Shown here piece after piece: positions 7,292 to 14,636 of a stretch of 24,583 nucleotides of DNA. Each line of letters begins with the position of its first letter. The first letter of the stretch is position 1. The DNA is from a virus (Duplodnaviria; Caudoviricetes), in the IMG/VR virus record IMGVR_UViG_3300020181_000032, positions 1-24,583 of that record. One strand, written 5' to 3'. The position numbers and the translations under genes were made by a program. Below the pieces are notes generated by a model that was given only the letters and a program-made list of their open reading frames with translations, did no database searches and was not told the origin of the DNA.

Positions 7292-8734
7292 ATGGCTCGG
7301 AACAGGGCGATGAGCCCAGGCGGCGCGACCCAGTTGGCACGGGAGTACTTCCCGAGCTTTCTGGAGCAGCGCGAGCACGTGAACAAGATCCAGAAGTGGT
7401 ACCGGCCGCGCATGGGCGAAGACCTGGAGGAAGGCCCCTTCATCCCCAAGGACGCTGACATCTCCCCGGAGTATCACGACCTGGCTGAGCGCTCGACCAC
7501 GCCCTGGATGTGGCTGGTCGTCAAGTCGCTGGCCCAGACGATGTACGTCGATGGCGTCCGCCGGCCGTCGTCGGAGGAGAACATGGAGGTCTGGCGGATC
7601 TGGCGGCGCAACCGTTGGAACGCCCGGCAGATCCAGCTCCACCGCGCGGTCCTCGCGCATGGCTTCGCCTTCGCGACCGTGCTGCCCGGCACGGAGCCGC
7701 TGACCGGGCTCCGCACCTCGCTCGCGCGGCCGGTCTCAGCCGCTCGGATGGCCGCCTTCTACGCCGACGACACCGCCGATGACTTCCCGCTCTTCGCGAT
7801 CAAGGGCACGCCGATCGAGGACGGCCACCACGTCGCCCAGGCGTGGAACGTCGAGCTGTGGGACGAGTGGGCGGTCCACTACCTGCGCTGTGAGGGCGAG
7901 GGCGCCACCGCCCAGGACTGGACCTACCTCGACCACCTCGTACACGGTTCCGGGCTCACCCCGGTCGTACGCCACGCCCCTGACGTCGACCTGGCGGACG
8001 GCAAGGCGTGGGGCGAGGTCGAGCCCTTCATCCCGATGGCCAAGCGCATCGACCAGGACGTCTTCGACCGGCTCATCGTTCAGCGCTTCGGCGCCTGGAA
8101 GATCCGCTGGGTCACCGGCATGGCCATCCCGAGCGACCCGGCCGCGAAGAAGCAGCTGCTCGCCGGCGGCTTCATGGGCAGCACCTCCGCCGAGACGAAG
8201 TTCGGCACGCTGGAGGAGACCGACCTGAACGGCTTCATCGCCGCCAAGGACGCCGACCTGCGAGACCTCTCCGCCGTCTCCCAGACTCCGCCGCACCACC
8301 TGCTCGGGCTCTCCTCGAACCTCCAGGCTGAGGCGCTCGCGGCGGCCGAGGCCGGCCTTCAGCGCAAGTCGGCCGACTACCGGACCGGCATGGGCGAGAG
8401 CTACGAGCAGCAGCTCCAGCTCATGGCCATGGTTGCCGGCCTCCGCGACGAGGCGGCCGAGCACGACATGCAGATCCGCTGGCGCGACACCGAGTCGCGG
8501 TCCTTCGCCCAGGCGGCCCAGGCCCTCGGCATCGTCGCCCAGCAGCTGCGGGTGCCGGTCGAGATGCTCTGGGAGCGCATCCCAGGGTGGACCGATGGCG
8601 ACACCGAGCGGGCCCAGGAGCTGATCCGGAACGGCTCCCTCGACCAGTTCATCGAGGAGCTGACCCGAGGCGCCAGCAGCCCAGCGGGCATCCCCGGCGC
8701 CCAGGAGCCCGCCGGAGAGATCGGGCGTGGTTAG
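7292..8734 (+). CDS. Portal protein (SPP1 gp6-like, 480 aa)
   Basis: Follows terL; AAGGAGG SD before ATG 7292. Motifs WMWLVVKSLAQTM, WRIWRRNRWNARQ, SQTPPHHLLG..NLQAEAL..AE and IRWRDTE. Confidence 0.9.
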   Translation: MARNRAMSPGGATQLAREYFPSFLEQREHVNKIQKWYRPRMGEDLEEGPFIPKDADISPEYHDLAERSTTPWMWLVVKSLAQTMYVDGVRRPSSEENMEVWRIWRRNRWNARQIQLHRAVLAHGFAFATVLPGTEPLTGLRTSLARPVSAARMAAFYADDTADDFPLFAIKGTPIEDGHHVAQAWNVELWDEWAVHYLRCEGEGATAQDWTYLDHLVHGSGLTPVVRHAPDVDLADGKAWGEVEPFIPMAKRIDQDVFDRLIVQRFGAWKIRWVTGMAIPSDPAAKKQLLAGGFMGSTSAETKFGTLEETDLNGFIAAKDADLRDLSAVSQTPPHHLLGLSSNLQAEALAAAEAGLQRKSADYRTGMGESYEQQLQLMAMVAGLRDEAAEHDMQIRWRDTESRSFAQAAQALGIVAQQLRVPVEMLWERIPGWTDGDTERAQELIRNGSLDQFIEELTRGASSPAGIPGAQEPAGEIGRG

Positions 8735-9566
8735 CCCCGAGGCGGAGCTTCTCAGCCGCAACCACCAGGCCGCCCAGGACCGCAACGCGGCGGTCGTGGT
8801 GGCCGGCGTCATCCGGCTCTGGCAGGCGCTGGTCCGGACCGACGACCTCGACGGCAGTGCCATGCGCTGGATCGAGCGGATCATCCCGACCATCCGCACT
8901 CGGTATCGAGAGTCGGCCAGGCTGGCCCTGGCCTACATCCAGGTCTACCGGCGGCTGGAGCTGGGCGCCGACGATCCTGGCCCGACCATCCAGCTGCCCG
9001 AGCTGCCCGAGGAGGCCGTTCGCACCTCCCTTCGGGTGACCGGCCCGGTCGCACTGAAGCAGAAGTTCCGGGCGGCCGAGGTCGATCGAGCACGAGCCCG
9101 CCGGCTCGATGTGCCCGAGCAGCCGTTCTCGCTCCAGAAGGCCATGGATGACGCCGCGAGAGAGGCGGCCGGTGCGGCATTGCGCCACACCTTCGCCGGC
9201 GGTCGCGAGGTCGGCATGCGACACGTCGCCGCCGACCGGGTCGCACTCGGGTGGGCCCGCCAGACCAAGGCCCGACCCTGCTACTTCTGCGCGATGCTGG
9301 CCAGCCGAGGTGCCGTGTTCAAGGACGACTCTTTCGATGAGTCGAACGCCCGCTTCGTCGGCGAGGGCGACTACAAGGCCCACGACCACTGCCGATGCAC
9401 CCTCCGGCCGGTCTATCGCCGGGAGGACTCAATGGACTCCGACGCCCAGGTCTTCGAGGACATCTGGGCTCGGTCGACTCGGGGAACCGGCGGTCGCGAC
9501 GCGATCAATGCCTTCCGCCGGGCCTACGAAGCTGAGTACGGAGGCCGCGACACGACGACACGCTGA
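8727..9566 (+). CDS. Capsid maturation / MuF-like head morphogenesis protein (279 aa)
   Basis: Between portal and scaffold. GWAR..PCYFCAMLASRG.VF and HDHCRC motifs typical of this actinophage family. Confidence 0.8.
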   Translation: MVSPEAELLSRNHQAAQDRNAAVVVAGVIRLWQALVRTDDLDGSAMRWIERIIPTIRTRYRESARLALAYIQVYRRLELGADDPGPTIQLPELPEEAVRTSLRVTGPVALKQKFRAAEVDRARARRLDVPEQPFSLQKAMDDAAREAAGAALRHTFAGGREVGMRHVAADRVALGWARQTKARPCYFCAMLASRGAVFKDDSFDESNARFVGEGDYKAHDHCRCTLRPVYRREDSMDSDAQVFEDIWARSTRGTGGRDAINAFRRAYEAEYGGRDTTTR

Positions 9567-9574
9567 CCAGGCAC

Positions 9575-9601
9575 TTGACAACAGACATACTCGGATAAGA
9601 T
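9575..9601 (+). promoter_or_regulatory. Possible sigma70-type promoter for the scaffold/capsid genes
   Basis: Perfect TTGACA (9575-9580) and TAAGAT (9596-9601) in an AT-richer intergenic gap, but the spacer is only 15 nt. Confidence 0.4.
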
Positions 9602-9609
9602 CACCCCCA

Positions 9610-9660
9610 GCTAGTCCCAGCCCAGGTGGCAGGACCAGCCCTCGCAGCCCAGGAGGCGCG
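9610..9660 (+). promoter_or_regulatory. Tandem GCC-CAGG(T/A)-GGC hairpins in the scaffold leader; the second contains the SD
   Basis: CAGCCCAGGTGGC (9618-9630) and CAGCCCAGGAGGC (9645-9657), each extended by a lower stem across an unpaired A. Confidence 0.6.
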
Positions 9661-9661
9661 T

Positions 9662-10219
9662 GTGCCTAAGCAACTCCCCCCGTTCGAAGAGTGGACTCCC
9701 CCGTGGAAGGAAGATGAGTTCGACGCCGAGAAGGCGGCCCGTCTCATCTACAACCACCTCGGCGAGATCAACACCCTGAAGACGGCCAACGCTGATCTTC
9801 GCACCGAGAACCAGACGCAGAAGGCCCAGGTCGAGGAGAAGGCCCGTGAGGGCGAGTCCGAGATCGAGACCCTGCGTCGAGAGAACGAGCAGGCCAAGAA
9901 GAAGCTCACCGAGGCCCAGGCGGCTGTCGGAGAGAAGCTTCGTCTAGAGGTCGCCCTGGAGAAGGGCCTGACCGTCAAGCAGGCTAGGCGCCTGGTCGGC
10001 GAGTCGAAGGAAGACCTCCTGGCCGATGCGGACGAGCTACTGGAGTCGTTCGGTGGCGCCAAGGGCAACGAGCCCGAGGGGCAGTCGCAGGAAGAGGAAG
10101 AGCCTCTCCCGATCGGCGGACCTCGGTCGGCGGTGAACCCCGGCTCCCCGAACCCCTTCAACGGCCGCGTCTCGACGTTCGAAGAAGACCTCGCGAAGGT
10201 CAAGCGGCTCGGAGAGTAG
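9662..10219 (+). CDS. Capsid scaffolding protein (185 aa)
   Basis: AGGAGG 9651-9656 then GTG 9662. Acidic coiled coil with LEVALEKGL..ARRLVGESKEDLLADADEL; directly before capsid gene. Confidence 0.85.
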   Translation: MPKQLPPFEEWTPPWKEDEFDAEKAARLIYNHLGEINTLKTANADLRTENQTQKAQVEEKAREGESEIETLRRENEQAKKKLTEAQAAVGEKLRLEVALEKGLTVKQARRLVGESKEDLLADADELLESFGGAKGNEPEGQSQEEEEPLPIGGPRSAVNPGSPNPFNGRVSTFEEDLAKVKRLGE

Positions 10220-10285
10220 TCCCGCACGGCCCCACGTCCACGGTGGCCGACTGCGGTCGTCCATCAGACCCAACAGGAGGTCACC

Positions 10286-11260
10286 GTGGCCGTTATCAAG
10301 GCCAAGCCGGAGAAGTTCGTCCCTCTCGCCCTCGGTGCGATTCAGCGCGAGCTGATCACGCCCATGGTGGTGACCCGTGTCGGGAACACCACCTTCAACA
10401 ACGCCCTCAACGACACCGTGACCATCCGCGTCGGTGAGCTTCGCGCCGTCGCCCGCGACTACGAGTGGCGTACGCGCACCGCGCCCATCCAGATGGATGA
10501 CATCCAGGGTGGCGAGGGCATCGCGATCAAGCTCGACACGCACATCACCTCGGCGACCAGCCTGACGCTGGAGCACCTGACGCTGGACGACATCGACTTC
10601 ACCAACGAAGTCCTCGTCCCGCAGGCCACCGCCGTCGCCGGTCGACTGGAGTCCAAGGTCATCGCGGCCCTCCAGGCGGCCCCGTTCAAGCGCGAGATGG
10701 AGGTTCCGGCCGGCAGCGACCCGCACCTGGTCGCCGTCGAGGCCCGGCGCCTGCTGAACGCCGACAAGATCGCCCCGAAGGCCGGCCGGTTCTTCCTCAT
10801 CGGCTCGGACGTCGAGGCGGAGTGGCTGACCAGCGACCGGCTGTCGAAGTATGACTCGACCGGTCAGACCGGCACCCCGGCGCTGCGCGACGCGATCATC
10901 GGCCGCCTGGCCGGCATCCCCGTCGTGGTCAGCGAGACCCTGCCGGCGGACTTCGCGATGCTGCTCCACCGCACCGCGCTGGTCCTGGGCAACGTCGCCC
11001 CTGTCGTGCCCCAGGGCGCGCGGATCGGTCGACGGACCGCCCTCAACGGCATGGCCATGACCTGGCTCCAGGACTACGACGCCGACTACGCGCGTGACCG
11101 GTCCCTGTTCCACACCTTCGCCGGGATCACCTCGGTGCAGGACGAGCGCGACGCCAACGGCGTCCTGCTCCCCGAGGAGCAGCTGACCAACAACGTCCGT
11201 GGCGTTCGGATCAACTACACCGGTCTCGGGCCCGTCTTCCCGCCGGTTGTGACCCCCTGA
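10286..11260 (+). CDS. Major capsid protein (HK97 fold, P22-coat-like family, 324 aa)
   Basis: Strong SD AGGAGGT; size and position after scaffold. NDTVTIRV, RRLLNADKIAP..RFFLIG and GRLAGIPVVVSETLP. Confidence 0.88.
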   Translation: MAVIKAKPEKFVPLALGAIQRELITPMVVTRVGNTTFNNALNDTVTIRVGELRAVARDYEWRTRTAPIQMDDIQGGEGIAIKLDTHITSATSLTLEHLTLDDIDFTNEVLVPQATAVAGRLESKVIAALQAAPFKREMEVPAGSDPHLVAVEARRLLNADKIAPKAGRFFLIGSDVEAEWLTSDRLSKYDSTGQTGTPALRDAIIGRLAGIPVVVSETLPADFAMLLHRTALVLGNVAPVVPQGARIGRRTALNGMAMTWLQDYDADYARDRSLFHTFAGITSVQDERDANGVLLPEEQLTNNVRGVRINYTGLGPVFPPVVTP

Positions 11261-11271
11261 TCCGACTGAGC

Positions 11272-11321
11272 GTGGGGTGCGCCGTCCCGGCGCTGTCCGG
11301 AGAGAGGTCGGCGCACCCCAC
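11272..11321 (+). terminator. Stem-loop after capsid gene (terminator or mRNA stabiliser)
   Basis: Perfect 13-bp inverted repeat GTGGGGTGCGCCG / CGGCGCACCCCAC around 24 nt; no U tract. Confidence 0.55.
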
Positions 11322-11342
11322 AACACCTGAGAGGAGGTAGCG

Positions 11343-11810
11343 ATGGCCCTGGTGACCATTCCGGCCCTGTCGATCTGGGTCCAGCAGGAGATCGCCGAGG
11401 ACGACCCGTTCGCGATCGCGATCATCAACGCTGCCTCCCTGGTGGTCTCCCAGACCGCTCGGCGCTACCCCGAGTGGCTGGAGCCCGACGCCGTCGTGCC
11501 GGACCGCGCGAAGCTCATCGCGGTCCTGCTCGCCAAGCGGACCTACCAGTACCCCGACCCGATCACCAACACCGCGCCGATCGGTCCCATCGGCGGCGAG
11601 CGCCTCATCGAGGACTTCGTCCGCACGATGCACCTCACCGACGAGGAGCGGGCCGAGCTGGAGGCCATGGCGCCCGAGGGCGTCATCCCGCCGCCCGGAG
11701 CTGGTCAGCTCTTCACCTTCGACACCTCCTGGTATGCCCCGGAGGCGGTCACCACCGACACCTACGGCATCCCCGAGCTGGTCCACCCGCCCATCACGGA
11801 GAACCCCTGA
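11343..11810 (+). CDS. Head-to-tail adaptor (155 aa)
   Basis: GAGGAGGT SD; synteny; AKRTYQYPD...IGP...MHLTDEERAELE pattern. Confidence 0.75.
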   Translation: MALVTIPALSIWVQQEIAEDDPFAIAIINAASLVVSQTARRYPEWLEPDAVVPDRAKLIAVLLAKRTYQYPDPITNTAPIGPIGGERLIEDFVRTMHLTDEERAELEAMAPEGVIPPPGAGQLFTFDTSWYAPEAVTTDTYGIPELVHPPITENP

Positions 11811-12133
11811 TGGCCCGGATCGGCGCCGAGGAGATCCAGGTGATCCAGATGTCTGAGCCGGACCACTGGGAGCAGCGGACTGTGCTCGGCGAGCGGACTA
11901 TCACCGGCTGTGCCATCTGGCCGCGCTCCTCGACCGAGGATGGCCACCGAGGCATGGTCCTGATCGAGGGCCTCAATGTCTTCATCCCGCCAGGGGAGAC
12001 CGTCGCCGCCAGCGACCGGATCGTGGCCCGTGGCGAGGAATTCGAGGTCGACGGCGAGCCGGGGCTGTACCGAGACAAGCGAGGCCGCGACAAGGGCATG
12101 TGGGTCGCGCTGACCAAGGCGGGGAGGGCCTGA
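11810..12133 (+). CDS. Head-to-tail stopper / head closure protein (107 aa)
   Basis: TGATG overlap; GCAIWPRSSTE...ASDRIVARGEEFEVDGEP. Confidence 0.75.
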   Translation: MARIGAEEIQVIQMSEPDHWEQRTVLGERTITGCAIWPRSSTEDGHRGMVLIEGLNVFIPPGETVAASDRIVARGEEFEVDGEPGLYRDKRGRDKGMWVALTKAGRA

Positions 12134-12465
12134 TGGCACGAGTCACCGTTCGCTACCGGCCCGACCGACGCGAGTTCGGCAAGCTCATGCGCTCCCAGCA
12201 GATGCGCCGACCGGTCATCCGGGCGGCCAACGACATCCGCGACCGCGCTGTGCAGATCGCCCCTCACGACACCGGCGACTATGCCGCCGCCTTCAGGGTC
12301 AACGAGCAGGCCGGCCTGGTGAGCGTTCGCGGCAACCCCCGCGTCAACGTCGAGGTCTACAACGACGACCCGGCCGCCGCTCCGTTGGAGTTCGGCAACG
12401 GCCGTATCGAGGCTCGGCGCGTGATGCTGCGCGCCGGCGAGATGATGGGGGAGGTGCCGGAGTGA
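12133..12465 (+). CDS. Neck / HK97 gp10-like tail component (110 aa)
   Basis: TGATG overlap with GGGAGG SD; APHDTGDY...AAPLEFG motifs. Confidence 0.7.
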   Translation: MARVTVRYRPDRREFGKLMRSQQMRRPVIRAANDIRDRAVQIAPHDTGDYAAAFRVNEQAGLVSVRGNPRVNVEVYNDDPAAAPLEFGNGRIEARRVMLRAGEMMGEVPE

Positions 12466-12851
12466 GCTACGACCTCCCGCCCTTCCCTGACGTCGAGTCG
12501 GCGATGCGGCTCTGGCTGATCGCCTCCTTCCCCGAGCTGACCCCCGCCACGGTGGTCGGCCAAGGCGTCCCGGACAACGAGTTCCCCTTCGTTCGTCACG
12601 GGCGGGTCGGCGGAGGGTCCAACCGTTTCTTGGACCGGCCGCTGATCGACGTAGATGTCTTCGACCGGAATCGCGACGTGTCGAACGGCCTGTCGCGGCG
12701 TATCGAGGCGAAGATGCAGGGCTACCCTCACCGCATGAGTGGCGTCGTGATCGATTCTGTGAGCACCGTGATCGCGCCGTTCAAGGCACCGTGGGCCGAT
12801 CAGACGATCTATCGGTACACGACGAGATACCAGTTCAGCGTGCGGCGCTGA
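12462..12851 (+). CDS. Tail terminator (129 aa)
   Basis: GTGA overlap; FPDVE..PFVR.GRVGG..DRPLIDVDVF; directly before tail tube. Confidence 0.78.
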   Translation: MSYDLPPFPDVESAMRLWLIASFPELTPATVVGQGVPDNEFPFVRHGRVGGGSNRFLDRPLIDVDVFDRNRDVSNGLSRRIEAKMQGYPHRMSGVVIDSVSTVIAPFKAPWADQTIYRYTTRYQFSVRR

Positions 12852-12872
12852 TCACTCTGAAAGGAATCTGCG

Positions 12873-13550
12873 ATGCCGCTCTATGACGACCTGAAGAACA
12901 AGCAGACCGAGCTGATCCGCAAGGCGATCGACGGCTCGGCTTTCCTCGCGCCGGTCGCGGCCGAGCCGATCACTGACATCACCGCCGTCACCGGGACCGC
13001 TCCCGACGAGGAGATCTCCCTGGTCGAGCTGCCGGACACCTGGGACGACCTCGGCTGGCTGTCGGAGGACGGCGTGGCCTTCAGCCGCGACGTGACCCAG
13101 TCCGACGTCACCTCGTGGGGCTCGGTCAGCCCGACCCGGTCCGACGTCACGGCCGACACCTCGACCATGACGGTGGTCTGCCAGGAGACCAAGATGCTGA
13201 CCATCGGGTTGGCCACCGGCGCAGACCTGGCCGGCATCGTGCCGGCGGTCGGCACCGGCGAGGTCTCGATCGCCAAGCCGAGCCGTCCCAGCTCGCGGTT
13301 CTACCGGGTGCTCGCGCTCGCGGTGGACCAGGGCGACGCCGGCGAGATCTACATCGGCCGGATGCTGCCTCGTGCGAAGGTGACCTCCTACGCCGAGCAG
13401 AGCTTCTCCGGCGGCGACGACCCCATCACCTGGGGTGTCACCTTCACCGGCTTCGAGGACAGCGCCCTCGGTTACTCCGAGCGGTGGCTGTTCGGCGGCG
13501 CCGGCTGGAACGCCCTGCTTACCCAGATGGGCTTCACGGTCACGCCGTGA
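12873..13550 (+). CDS. Major tail (tube) protein (225 aa)
   Basis: AAAGGA SD; DLGWLSEDGV.F, SWG..PTRSDV and ITWGVTFT typical of actinophage tail tubes. Confidence 0.88.
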   Translation: MPLYDDLKNKQTELIRKAIDGSAFLAPVAAEPITDITAVTGTAPDEEISLVELPDTWDDLGWLSEDGVAFSRDVTQSDVTSWGSVSPTRSDVTADTSTMTVVCQETKMLTIGLATGADLAGIVPAVGTGEVSIAKPSRPSSRFYRVLALAVDQGDAGEIYIGRMLPRAKVTSYAEQSFSGGDDPITWGVTFTGFEDSALGYSERWLFGGAGWNALLTQMGFTVTP

Positions 13551-13558
13551 CCCGAGAT

Positions 13559-13603
13559 GGCCGAGCGCGGCTAAGTCTCGGCGGGCTCCGGTCGCGCTCG
13601 GCC
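13559..13603 (+). terminator. Stem-loop after major tail gene
   Basis: GGCCGAGCGCGGC / GTCGCGCTCGGCC, 13-bp stem with one G-U, around 19 nt; no U tract. Confidence 0.5.
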
Positions 13604-13636
13604 GCCCGCCACCCTTCCAGCGGCTAGGAGAATCGC

Positions 13637-13807
13637 ATGGCTGACAAGCAGGGGACCGAGTTCAAGCCGGTCACCGTGAAGAAGGGCGACGAGACGCGGA
13701 CGGTCCGATCGGCCGCCGCCCTCGTGCAGGCCCAGTTCGACGGCTTCCGACTGCCGGAGGCCGAGACCAAGTCGACGGCGAAGAAGACCGCCGACTCCAA
13801 GTCCTGA
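13637..13807 (+). CDS. Small hypothetical protein (56 aa), not in the ORF track
   Basis: AGGAG SD, phage-like codon usage, fills the gap. MADKQGTEFKPVTVKKGDETRTVRSAAALVQAQFDGFRLPEAETKSTAKKTADSKS. Confidence 0.75.
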   Translation: MADKQGTEFKPVTVKKGDETRTVRSAAALVQAQFDGFRLPEAETKSTAKKTADSKS

Positions 13808-13827
13808 TCCACGAAGAGGAGCCCGCC

Positions 13828-14184
13828 ATGGCTGAGAACAAGAACAAGGTAACCCCGATCGACAAGCCGACCATCAACCTCGACGTCGCCGAGCGCGAGA
13901 AGACACACAAGCCGTTCGTCGCCACGATCGAGGGGAAGAACTACACCTTCCTCGACGCCCGTGAGGTGGACTGGCAGCTGCTGCTGGCGAACTACCAGGA
14001 CCCCGCCGCCCTCCTCTCAATCGTGGTTCGCGAGGAGGACCAGGAGGAATTCTTCAAGCTGACGATCCCCTGGTGGAAGATCGACCTGCTCAGCAAGGCG
14101 TACGAGCGTCACTTCGGTCTCGCTGACGAGGGTGCGCCAGGCGTCGTGAGGCGACCGGGAAACCCGCGCGGCTCGCGTACCTGA
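13828..14184 (+). CDS. Tail assembly chaperone (gpG-like, 118 aa)
   Basis: GAGGAG SD; between tail tube and tape measure; slippery G GGA AAC near the 3' end. Confidence 0.85.
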   Translation: MAENKNKVTPIDKPTINLDVAEREKTHKPFVATIEGKNYTFLDAREVDWQLLLANYQDPAALLSIVVREEDQEEFFKLTIPWWKIDLLSKAYERHFGLADEGAPGVVRRPGNPRGSRT

Positions 14185-14636
14185 TCGGCAAGTACCGAGC
14201 CGAACTGGAATACGACCTCCAGGCGCATCTTGGCGTCGACCTCAACCAGATGTGGCAGGACCGGCAGTGGCGGAAGCTCCTCAGCTTCATCGACCACCTT
14301 CCCCGGAACAGCTACTACGTCGAGGCCGCGTCGAACGACGAAGAGCACGCCAGGATGCTCCTGGAGGCATCGGAGAACCAGCCGAAGCGTGAGTATCGGC
14401 CGCCGATGTCGTTGTGGACGATGGAGGCCGAGATCCTCGCCGACATCGCCGACCGAGTCCAGCAGTTGACCATCACGACACGGGCGGCGAACAGCCGCAA
14501 GGGAGCAAAGCTCCCGAAGTTCGTGCCGTACGCTCGCCCCAGGCATGCGATCGAGCCGCTGCGCCGAGCGCGTCGCCAGGAACGACACGAGGCCCTCGCT
14601 CGACGGGTGCTTCGCCGGAAGAGAGAGGCGGGGTAG
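13828..14636 (+). CDS. Tail assembly chaperone, -1 frameshift product (gpGT-like)
   Basis: G_GGA_AAC at 14157-14163 is in phase. The -1 frame reads KPARLAYLIGKYRAELEYDLQAHLGVDLNQM into ORF 14250-14636, ending next to the tape measure ATG. Confidence 0.85.

Noticed and set aside
11252-11340. Shifty CCC-TGA at the capsid stop giving an extended capsid protein
   Set aside because: Both alternative frames stop within about 30 codons, before the next gene, and encode no domain.
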